Shown piece after piece: positions 50,175 to 61,051 of a stretch of 64,000 nucleotides of DNA. Positions within the stretch are counted from its first letter, which is position 1. Every line of letters begins with the position of its first letter. The position numbers were made by a program, and so were the translations under genes. The DNA comes from Klebsormidium nitens. Lineage: Eukaryota; Plantae; Klebsormidiophyceae. The notes beneath the pieces were generated by a model. The model had not been told where the DNA came from and made no database searches. It saw only the letters and a list, made by a program, of their open reading frames with translations. The DNA lies in NCBI GenBank assembly GCA_000708835.1, contig DF237351.1:1-64000 (forward strand), written 5' to 3'.

Positions 50175-51367
50175 GTTATGCCAGTGGCGGACCGTGACAG
50201 CAGGACCCGGAGGAGCGCAAAGCGGCTCATCTTAACACGCACTCACACATGGGCTGCAACGAATTCTGCATTGATCACATGGACATGACTACACTGGACC
50301 ACGTGCATCGCGCCTCAAGAGCTTCCGACTTCGCAACTCTTACCATTGACTGCTTACTCATAGAAGTTGGAGCTGGATGCCTGAGAACGCGCGAGGCGGC
50401 CAACCACTGGGCACTCATTCTGCTAGCAATGTCTGATGGACTCGGACTCATCGATATTATCCTGAGACCGTTGAAAGACTGGGTAAAGAGCTCAGCATTT
50501 TTACCGGGTTCCAAGGATGGGCGTGGTTGCCATGTATCTCCTGATATACCTATTAAAGAGCTATACATGTTCGATAAGATGACTTGACTGCACTGTGTTT
50601 GCGATCGATGATCGGTCGAGAATGCGACCAACTAGACCTGCAAATGGCCCGCCCCTTAAATTGGATATTATGGGACTACGTGTACAATCGAGTTGGCGCC
50701 CAAACATGATCTGTATATGTGATCCCTCATGTATCCGATCATGATCGTGCACAATGAGAGCTTTGAGTGCATGTGCTTCCGGGACCGGATTGGAGCTAGC
50801 TAGATTGGATCGACTGCTCGATCAAGCGCGCGCCAATTGCACAACAACGATCACGCTCAGTCTCTAGAACTCATGTTCTGAGCTATCACTCAGGCAGCTG
50901 TTTTTCAGCTGTTTAGTATCGTTGCAAATTAAAAAAAAAACATGATCGATGACGATATATGTATACCCCTTGATCATTTATGCACTGTTTCATGTGTTCA
51001 AAGCATCAAGCCAGCTTTATGTGGATAAGTACAATTGCAAGCGTCTTATTATGTTTGTCAATCATTGGAGGACCTGCTTTGCTGGCTGGCAATCTGCTCA
51101 ATGTAGAACGCTCTGATCTTGCCGGGCTGCCCTCTGAACGCAAGCCTATCCTCTCTAAGCTCACCGCATGCGCCGCCAACCCAAGTATGATCCCCGGCTG
51201 TACACCTAGGAGGCTACTGGAAGTAACTCTAATATGACCTACTTTCCATCTTCTTCTGATAGCTTGTCGCTATTACCAATCGTTAAAATCAACTGCCCGT
51301 TCAAGAACACCGTAGTCGTACAAGAGCTATTAATAATATAATGACACTAGAATGCACTAGGGGTTGC

Positions 51368-54300
51368 TCAAGAAGCGGGCTCCACTGCCACTGGCCCCGC
51401 CTCGCTTGCCGCCTCAATCACCCCCGCGAGTTTCTCCCAATTTATTGGTTTGGTCAAGTACCCGTCCAATTGGTGCTCTTCTATCGCCTCCCCCGCCCCC
51501 ACCAACACGTCTGCCGTCAGCGCAAAGATCGGAAGCGCTCCCGGCGGGCCCAGTGCGCGGATCGCCTTCGTTGCGCCGAGCCCATCTAGCACCGGCATTT
51601 GAAGGTCCATGAGAATCAGCGTGTAGTGGAACGGCTTGGCCCTGATCTCGTCGACTGCCAGCTGTCCGTTCCCGACAATTTGTGGTTCATGTCCGTAATG
51701 GGTTAGCATCTTACGGATCAGCATTTGGTTGATAGGGTTATCCTCTGCCACCAAAACCCGGCACCCCCGGCTTGCCTTTGTCACCTTTTCCAGGGGGGGT
51801 GTGCTCGGCCTGCCTCCCCGAGCTTGCCCCTCTAGCGCCAAAACCGCCTCAGCATCCTTTGCCATCCTTAACCCGACCGTAAACGCGAAAGTGCTCCCCA
51901 CGCCCACCTCACTCGTGATCCAAATCTCGCCCCCCATCGCGTTGACCAGCCGTTTGCAAATCGCTAACCCTAACCCTGTTCCCCCAAACCGCCTCGTCGT
52001 GGTCGCATCCGCCTGAATGAACGCCGAGAACAGCTTCGCCTGCTGCTCTTTCGTCAACCCAATCCCGGTATCCGTAACTCTGATCTCTAACCAAACCCGC
52101 TTCTCGTGATCCTGGAGCGTCGTCGCCGAGGCGCGCCGGCTGATCCCCGGATCCCCCCAGGACGCAGCGTTTCGCCGCGGCCCCGTCCCCCCCGGAACGA
52201 CCAGATCCTCTCTCGCGGCCCCTGGATCCCGCGCCTTATCCACTGGCCTAAGACCACTTCCCCGTTCAAGAAACCCTTCGCTTGACCCCTCAGTACCTTC
52301 CGGTGCAGACACCCCTGCCTCCGGTTCGTCTGTTTTCGCTAATGCGGCCGACTCGCCAACCACCTCACCCCCCGCTTCTGAAGCCACTCCGGGCCCCCCG
52401 TTCGCGGCCCTGCCCAACTCTGAGCAACTAGGACCGGGTGCTTTCCTGGCACCAGGATCCGAAAAGCTCCGCCGGTCGGTCTCCGGTTGGCTCATTCTCG
52501 AAAGGCGCGACTTCTCCCGCAACACACTCCTGGCATGCCCCGCTGCGCTCCCCTCCAACCGGGGGGGCCCGCTTCCGCTCGCCGCGCGCTCCTCCTCTGG
52601 CGTAACAAACCCATCCCGGCCGTCCGATCTGCCCGTCGGCCCATCCTGCCCGTCCGGATTCGACGTTGTTTCTGACGTGGAATCTTCCAGTTTCTCGATC
52701 GTGAGCCCCGAGATTCGGCGGCCCAGAACGTGGGCACGTGGCAACTTCGCTCTTTGGCTGATGTCACTGCCCCCGTCTCCTGCACGATCGCCACCCAACA
52801 AGGTTTCGCACTCCGGGGGCGGGGGCGTCCGCCGGAGAGACTTGCCTGAGCAGTCGGTAGAAGTTGATTGTTCTCTTTGGGGGAGTGCTGCGTGGCTGGT
52901 GGAAGGGGGGGTGGGTACGCGGTCTGGGATGTCGGAGGGAGGGGGCCGGCGGGAAAGAGAAGTGCGGGGAGTGCACAGATGCGAGCCTGCAGGGGACAAC
53001 GCAACCATTCTTATTACTGATATGTACTCGAATTCAGAGGTATTTGACTGGCTCTGACCACGCATGCTATGGATGTGGGTGCAGTAGAGACAATCCACAT
53101 ACCAAAATAGAGGCCAATAGCGTTGACAGACAAACTTACATAGTAAAGAACAGGAATAGGAATACCTGGGACATTCGCATGCTTCGCACAGGCTTCATCC
53201 AGCCCTTCTCCTCAAAACAAATTATATCCGAGTTGAAGACTGACGTCATAAAACGTTCCTTCTCGCAGTTCAGGAGGTTCCTCCACCTTGAAGACGGTCT
53301 TCTTTGAAGAATGACTTCGTGACGGAGTCGGACTAAGAATCTCCGCGGTCTGAAAGGTTCAGAACAAATGTTGAACGGCAAGGCGGAACTAGGCAACGCG
53401 GGACAAATGTGCTGACGTCCACCAAAGAGTCAAACAGGTCGTCTTCATAGTAAGGGTGACAGAAAGACATGTTTGACCCAGAGTGTGTGTATGTGGGTGC
53501 TCTAATTGGCGCACTGTGACGGACTCGACCCTCAAATCCATCTGAAAAAGCTTTCCGGTGAACAAATCCAGTTTGAGTGCACGAAATCCTCACCGGTAGG
53601 GCTCGGCGTGCCGCTCCGCGAGACCCCCGCACGGTCCCGCTTGACGCCGCGGCTGCCCTTTGCGTTGCCCACCCGCTGGATCGAGACGCTGATTCCCCCC
53701 ACTTCGGTGAACTTGATCGCGTTGGACACCAGGTTTGCGAACACCTGGCGCAATCTGACTGGGTCTCCACTGACGGGCAGCTCCTCCCAGGGGGGGAGGT
53801 CCAGGGTAAGCTTCAGGGTCTTTTCCTGGAGGGAGAACCGGGATAGTGAGTCAGAGCTCAATAAAGAGGGGCAGCTCGACGTAGTCTGACATATTCCTGA
53901 AAGTGGGCTTTCAAAACTCTGGCGGACAGCAGAAGATTGAGGAAGATTCGAATACTCTCGGGCCCCTTAAACCCAAGGTCAACATGTTGCCAGTTCCCCT
54001 GCTATTGAACCACCGCAATCTTCGATTTGGAGGTACTGCGTCTGACGGTATTTTTTGAACGAAGAACCAGTCATTAAATAAAGGGAAAATGCCCGGCCCG
54101 CTGCTTATGTAAACAATCTGGAGGCTCCATGCAGCTTTTCAGCTCGCACTTGGACCTTCAGACCTGAGCTGAGGCTGCTTTGTACCCGGATGCACAGTTT
54201 CAGTGCTTGCCAAAGGGAGATGGTACGGTACATGAACGCAGCTGCACACTTGCTCGTCACAGCTGAAGAGTTTTTGGAATTCTTGGGGTTGTTCGATAGC

Positions 54301-57300
54301 ACAAACTCGCGGCATCGAAAGCAACATCTTGACCCCGGGTTTAAAGGGCCCGAGACTTGGGCTGGCAGAATCCTGACAGTGGGGCCCGATCGGAGAAAAG
54401 GGAAGGAGAGGGGCGGGGAGGACCACAAATGCTGTGGAGCCGCCAGCGGATGATCCAAAGTGCACTGACTAGAGCGCACCATTTCGACCCCAGCATTCGA
54501 CAGAAAACGTGCTCTCGCAAGAGCGAGATTATTCGGAAGACAGTCTTAGAAAAGTCAAATTCTAGTGTTCCTATTCCACCAACCAAACCATGATTGACCC
54601 AACTCCGCCTTTTCACCTCAGGGAAGATGAAAAGGTGCGATTCCCACGCCCATTTGCAGCCGTGAAAATCAGAGCAGACACGCCCACAGCTTTCATTTCA
54701 GAGCAGTTGGTAGCTGTGCAACGCATCAAGAAAGAGAGCAGGGAGGAAGAAAGAAACAAGGGCGCAATCTGGCACCAAGGCCGGTCAGAGAGGGACAGAG
54801 GAGAATGTAGACGAATGGAGGAAACGACCGGAGCTTGGCTTTGAGCTCTCTCAAATAGGACGATCACAGCACACGGGTAATTGGTGAGCCCGGACCACAG
54901 CAAAAGGGCGCACCTCTAGTTTTCCTTGGAAGAGCGCAGCCACCTGTTCCACGAGGACCCCCAGGTGGAAGTCGATCTGCTCTAGCGTCAGGTGCCCCGC
55001 CTCAATCTTGCTGAAGTCCTGAAGAAACGAGCAGAGCGAAAGCGGAGTCAAAAAGGGCTTCTTTAGGTACTGGAGATTGAGGAGGACGTCTACTTTAGGG
55101 ACTGGAGCAAACACAGTGGGTGATAGAAGGACGTGACAGCTAGAGGCCGGCGGCGTTCGGCAGTAAGTGCACAGGGGAGCTTCAACAAGTGACTAGTTAG
55201 ATTTCCTGCGCAGCTTTTGAAGAGATCTAGGAGCAAAGGACAATCAGCAAGCCGAGCGACAACCTGAAAGCGTCGTATGTTCTTCTGGTTTGAATACCAT
55301 AGGACAGGCACTAAAGCGTTTCCAGGGGTTCAACTCGAGCCCAAACGCTTTTTGTATAAATACTATAGACGGCTTCAAAGCTGGCGTTCCCAGGGTTGCA
55401 ACTGGAGCCCAGAGGAATTTTGTAAAACTAATCGAGCGAGCTTGAAAGATGGTCTTACCAAGATGTCATTTATGATTGTTAGCAGGGACTCCGCGCTGCC
55501 CTGCATCGCGCGGACGTACCGGCCCTGCTCTGACGACAGCGGGGTCAGCCGCAGCAGGTCCAGCATCCCAAGCACACCTGGGGAGGAAGAGCGTAGACAT
55601 TTGCGAAGAGCCTCGAACTCGTGTAGCAGAGCAACCGAAGGACAGACGTAAGGACGAGGAGGGCAAAAGCTTAGCGTTTCAGTCTTGGGACCTCGTAAGT
55701 AGCGTCTTTTCAGTTGCTTGAGCAATTTGCAAGGTGGCTCGTAGTCGCAAGCTATGTCAGGAAAGTTGGTCAGTCAAAAGCTGTGCAGAGCTTGAACTAG
55801 ACCGAAAACCAGCGCTTTCTTTTCTTGACTGCAGACTTAAGGGGCGAACGTGAGATGCATGTGGTGCAAACGACTTTGTAGTGAAACGGAGGCCTTCTCC
55901 TCGCTCCGGCTGTGGCGACCAAAGCGGACTCGATTCCCAGAACTCGACGGTTCCCGGCAAGCCCACCAGGCTGGATCTATACCACATGCATCCACGTGGC
56001 AGCGACAACAATATTTGACCGGACTCTTTGGCTTTTATGCTGGGTACATGATCTCTTTAGAAATCTCCTCAGGACTTTCAGCACGTCTTGGACGCTTCTC
56101 GCTTTCAATCTATCGTGGTCTGATGTCGGGAAACGCAAACACGAGTATAGAGTCAGCTGCGACTTCGATCCACTGAGCGGCCTCCGGAGCTCATGTTCGA
56201 CAGCTGCGACCTGAAGCGCTTTTCTGGAACTCAAAGATCCACCCCTCGCAACTTTAACAACTTCGGGAGATGCGGAATATAACGACTGCGCACACTCAAG
56301 AAGGGATGAGCCACTCAGGTATATTCACCTGTGAGTGGCGTCCTGAGCTCGTGGCTCATCATCGCCAGGAACTGCGACTTGGCGCGGTCCGCCGCCTCGA
56401 TCGCGTCCCTCGCGTCCCGCTCCGCCGTGACGTCATCGAACAGCCACACGCGGCCGTGCGTCATGCGCTGCTTCTCGGGGACAAGGCTCTCGATGCCGAG
56501 TGACATCAGCTGGTTGGACGCGCCTCCCACCGGGTATGACCGGACTCGTAACACTTGGCGCGGGTTTTTAAGGACCCAATCGGACTCGATGATTTCGTTC
56601 GGGTTCCTGCATAAGGCATTAGCAAGTCAGGACGTTACGAAGAGCACATGTCCCTACACTTTGCGTGGGTGCCTGAAGAGTGGGTGCCTGAAGAAGCTGA
56701 TGAATCTCACCGGGTTCGCACCCTTCAAGAACAGAGAGTCAGATTCTTCTGAGGACCAGGACACCTCCCTCCCATTCATCATTTCATCGACGAAAATTCG
56801 ATCTTAAAGAACCTATTCGGTGTGCTGAAGCAAGCAAGAGTTTTGTGAAACGCAGCAGTGCTGTTGTAAGTATTCGGTTGCGATGAAAGCGGTCAGGTGC
56901 TTTCCACTGAAAGGCAGAAGCTAGCATAAATCCACTCGGGTAGTGTTCTCTCCGGGTTGATAATGCGAGCCCAAGACTTGGAAATAGATTACGAACTTCA
57001 CGCAGCAAGGTTCTCACGCAACTAGAAAGCAAGCAAGCAAGCAAGCAAGCAAGGAAGGAGGTTGCACGAACGACACATACCCAGCAACCGCGTTGAACCA
57101 ACGGTAGACCTCCGCTCTCATGTCGCTCCTCGCCGCCAGCTCATGCATTGTCGCCGCCACTTTCACCGGATCCAGCTCCCCAAAGGTGGGCAAGTTAAGC
57201 AGCTCCGCCGCAGCCGGGTTAACCAAACACGGCCCTAACCCGTCGTCGATGAACACCACACCCTGCGGCATCCGCTTCAGGATCGCGTCGAACCGCCGGC

Positions 57301-59331
57301 TCAGCCGTTCCGTGCTCATCGCTTGCACCCTACTAGTCAGGAACGCGGGCAACGCCTGCACTGTGTCTGCCATTATGCTCGCCGCGTTTCCGGGAACCGA
57401 GTCCGCGCGAACCCACATCGCGTAGCACAGCCCCTCGCATCCGGTTGCGGCAAATTGCAGCGCGAGGAGCTTCTGGGGCCGGGCCCCGAGCGCGGCCGTG
57501 AGCATGCTTGGCAGCAGGAGCTTCTCGGTGTCGACGACTTCGCCGGTGGCCGCGTCTAAAACGCCCTTGCTCAGGCGAACCGGGACGGTTACCAAGCCCT
57601 CGGGGACGCAGAGAACTGTCTCGGCAAGGCGGGTGGGCCGCTGCAGAGGGAAGGCGGGGAAAGAGGCGGTGAGTTTGAGTGGGATATTCGCGTTTTCTGT
57701 CTTAGGGTAAGAGGAACGTATGACTCCTGTAGGGTGAACTCTGCATTTAGCTGCTGCACGGTATCAAAGATGCACTTGATCAGAATGTCAAAGGTTACGG
57801 GATCTGCTGCAGTGAGCAAGGAAGGAAAGAGCAGTGGTCAAGACGTCAGTTCCGATTCCTAGCACGCTTACTTTGCAGATCCTTGGCAACGCTAAAACCT
57901 TGGTCTACATCCTTGTTCTGCTCGGATTGTTGTTGCAATGTCCTACCCAAACGCCTTGAACCTGCTGCCCACTCAAAGGAAAACCAGGTCACAGGGACCT
58001 TGAGCACAACAGCCGAGACCGTTTCTGAACAACTCGAGAAACCGAACCTACCTGCAGAATCGCTGCAATTGTGAGGTCCGCTTGCAGCGCCCGTGCCACG
58101 ATCTTGAGCACCGACTGAGGCACGTGCATCTGGTTGTCGCTACTCTCGCCTGCGTCCAGCGCCGCACGTCGCCCGGTTGGCGTCCCCCCTACACTTCCCC
58201 CCCTGCCAGAGTTTCCTTCCCAAGCGCCCGGGGGGAGCGCACCGGGCGCGAGCGTAGTGCGCGCAAACTCCTGACTTAGCGGGGCGCTTGATGTGGAGGG
58301 GGTCGAGCTTCCACTGACGCTGACCCCCCTGGGCGTTGAGTTGAAGCTTGTCGAGGGGGGGGAGGGGTTCTCTCGAAATGTCCAGGGGGGTGTGGCTCGG
58401 CTGGAGGGGGGTGCGGGAATCAAGGACGGAGGAAAAGCAGCCGGTTTAAAGATGGGGACCTCCCACTTTTCCAGCCGCCCCAGTCCGGAATGGGGGGGTG
58501 CGGCAGCATTTGGGTCGCCAGCCCCCTGGCGGCGGGACAGCATCTGCTCGCCCCACGGTTTGAACCCCCAGGAGGGGTCGGCAGGTTCGGGTTTACCGCT
58601 TGGGGGGCTGGGAGCAAGGAAGGGGGGTAAAGCAGCCTGGGGGCCAAACGGTTGTGGTGGCGACAGACCGCTCTGGAGGCTGGACGTTGGGAGCAGGTAC
58701 GCAGGCATCGGGGGGGTGCTGCTGGCTGGTAAAACCAACCCCTGGACCGGACTGAAAGCGCCGGCGAACCCATTCCCTGGGATCGACCTCTGCGGTTGCA
58801 GGGCTTGGGGGATGACTGCATCAGGCCTCCGTTCTAGCAGGCTCCCCCCCTTTAAATTCTTCGCTCCGCCGATATTTTGTTGGTCCGTCTCTGATGCTTC
58901 TCGGTTCCCCCCGCTCAGCAGGTCCGCATTCTCCGCTCCCCGAAGCCCAGCCTCTAGCGCACCTTCTGGCACTCCCGCACTTGCATCGACAGCGAGCATG
59001 ATCTGCCAGACCCCCCGGCACTCTTGTTGCAGCTCGGCTGTTCTTGACGAGGGGCCCGGCGAAACCATCCCCAAACAGCCCCCCTGACGTCACCAGCGGT
59101 GCAGCGTATTAGCGCCTTGCTTGTTCGCGCTGGATGCCTGAACCAAGAATGTCTCACGTTGATCTCGTCAATTGGGAACAAGGTTGTAGCCAGCTCACGT
59201 TCCTGCACATAGCAGGTCCGAATCTGTGTGGACGCCTCAACAAGGTAATCTGGTGATGGATGCGCAAGCGTCCAAATGCTCGTGCCAGTTTGTTTGTCTA
59301 AGGCATGACCACTTAAGCTGTGCATGACCAC
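51368..59331 (-). CDS. Cytosolic hybrid sensor histidine kinase (GAF-like, PAS-like, HisKA, HATPase_c, REC); 5' end uncertain
   Basis: Phase-compatible exons at about 59331-59158, 59083-58052, 57640-57081, 56606-56329, 55577-55459, 55018-54914, 53825-53594 and 52986-51368. Motifs: H-box [29 protein letters not shown]-box [22 protein letters not shown]1 DTGIG, F-box [11 protein letters not shown]2 GGTGLGLAI, and a receiver with VLVAEDN and [13 protein letters not shown]. Confidence 0.93.
57027..57050 (+). repeat. (AAGC)6 microsatellite in a histidine kinase intron
   Basis: Direct reading of six AAGC units next to the 57081 exon boundary. Confidence 0.9.
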
Positions 59332-60377
59332 CTCGCAGTATGTTGTACAGCCACTGGATGCTGTTCACTGTCTCTTCAAGGACTACTTGAGCTTCAACGT
59401 GGCAGCAAGCCAATGCATCTGTTCAATTCTTGCTTGCTCCTAAAAGTAAGCAAAACATACTCATGGCAGTACCCGCCATCATGTTTAGATGGTCCGGGGT
59501 TTCAAAGGACAGCCGCTTTCAGAAACTTCACTTGAAAAGAATGCCGACTAGCCGTCTTCAAATTCATTGAATCGTTGAAACTAACCTGGCAACGTCACTA
59601 TGATGCAGCAAGCAAATGACCAGGACTTTACGAGCCGCTCAGAGGCCATGAACTCCATGGATCGGCTCTCTTTTCCAGAAGCAGAAGGTTCATTCATGCT
59701 TACTAGAGGTTCCCAGCTTTGCTTCATCTCTCGATGCCTCAACTTATGAAATTTGCAATCCCACCCACTCTCCGGTTCCGCAGGGGTTCTGCCTCTCCTA
59801 GAAGGCCTTGCTCTGGCAATGGGTTACAACAGAATTATCCTCAAAAGTTTTCATTCACCAAAAGTGGCAAAACCTAATTCTGCTCGCCGAGGTGTTCTCT
59901 ATTCTCAGTCAGCTGCAGAAGATTGAGCATCTGAGATCACACTTTACTTTTGTTCTGAACATGCTATGGCCAAAGTTAACAGTTTGCCTTTTTGCTCTAA
60001 ACCAACTGAATGAACACCCTCACGGTCCGCAACTTCCAAGTCACCAGATCGATACTGAGGTTTGAAGCCATGGGACCTCCACGAGAAAGGTCCAAGAGGT
60101 GCTCTCAGTCAATTCAGAATCAAGGCCACGACAGCTAGATGCACTAACAGGCAACAACTTGAAGGCCCCTCATGAAGGTAGAAAGGGGAACACAAGACGG
60201 TTGCTTGCATTGGACAGGGGCGCTGGTGTTGAACTTGCAGCGATATACCTAGGAATGTCACTGAAGTCTGACACTGTCTGAGTGTCAGAGAGAACACCGT
60301 GACGGTCAGGAACATCTCATGCAAAGCGCGGCCATGGCTCCCGACCGTGCGGGCGGCCATAACACTCGATATTAAGA

Positions 60378-60491
60378 CTCGATTTTATGTGGAGTTAGGT
60401 GTATGTTGAGTTAGATCGATTCACCGTAAACCCCCAAACCAACCCGGGCATGATCTAAATCAACATAGCCGAAACTCGACATAAAATTGAG
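60378..60491. repeat. Imperfect 40-bp inverted repeat (hairpin) between divergent genes
   Basis: Arms 60378-60417 and 60452-60491 pair at 33 of 40 positions by Watson-Crick plus one G:U, with a 34-nt C/A-rich loop. Confidence 0.85.
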
Positions 60492-61051
60492 ACTATTATG
60501 CGGCCCCAGGCCGCTCGGACTCTTCTCTGAGTTCCAACAATCAACGCGCCAGTGCGAACTCCGAGTTCAAGATCAGTGCCACGACAACATACACGGTACC
60601 TGAGCCGTCAAGAGTCTTATCTAGTTTACATCGGACGGCTCGGATCAGATACTTTACGTTCGGTTTCCGTCATGAGCAATCCATTCAATGATATGCATGC
60701 CATCAACTGCACCAGAAGTGAGAACTCTATCTAGTTGCCAGCTCTGGCGCTGGAGGGTTGCTTAATTGGCTCCAGCAGCACAACAACGACGCAGGACTGC
60801 TATCTCTGTGCGGAAGAGTGGCGGGAGGCGTCGGCTGCAAAGACAGAACAGCACTTTTTAGGGCCCTGGGCCTGAGGTCAAAATTTGGGTCTGATACTGG
60901 CACTGTTGCTGGGAGGTTGCTGGTTGCTGAAAACTGAACAATGCATGGCAGCCTCGATTGGCGGCCTCCAAGGTTGCACAGCAAGACACTAAGAGATACT
61001 GTAAAGCGAAGGTATCAGTGAAACATCACAGTGTGGTTTGATGTTTTCCCA

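Noticed and set aside
50249-50631. Overlapping 112-aa (+) and 118-aa (-) ORFs after the TRIP4 stop
   Set aside because: They lie in the probable 3' UTR, have intron-like composition and show no motifs.
51961-51976. AACCCTAACCCT telomere-like repeat
   Set aside because: It is the reverse complement of the codons for the G2 box (GLGLA) of the kinase, so it is coding coincidence.
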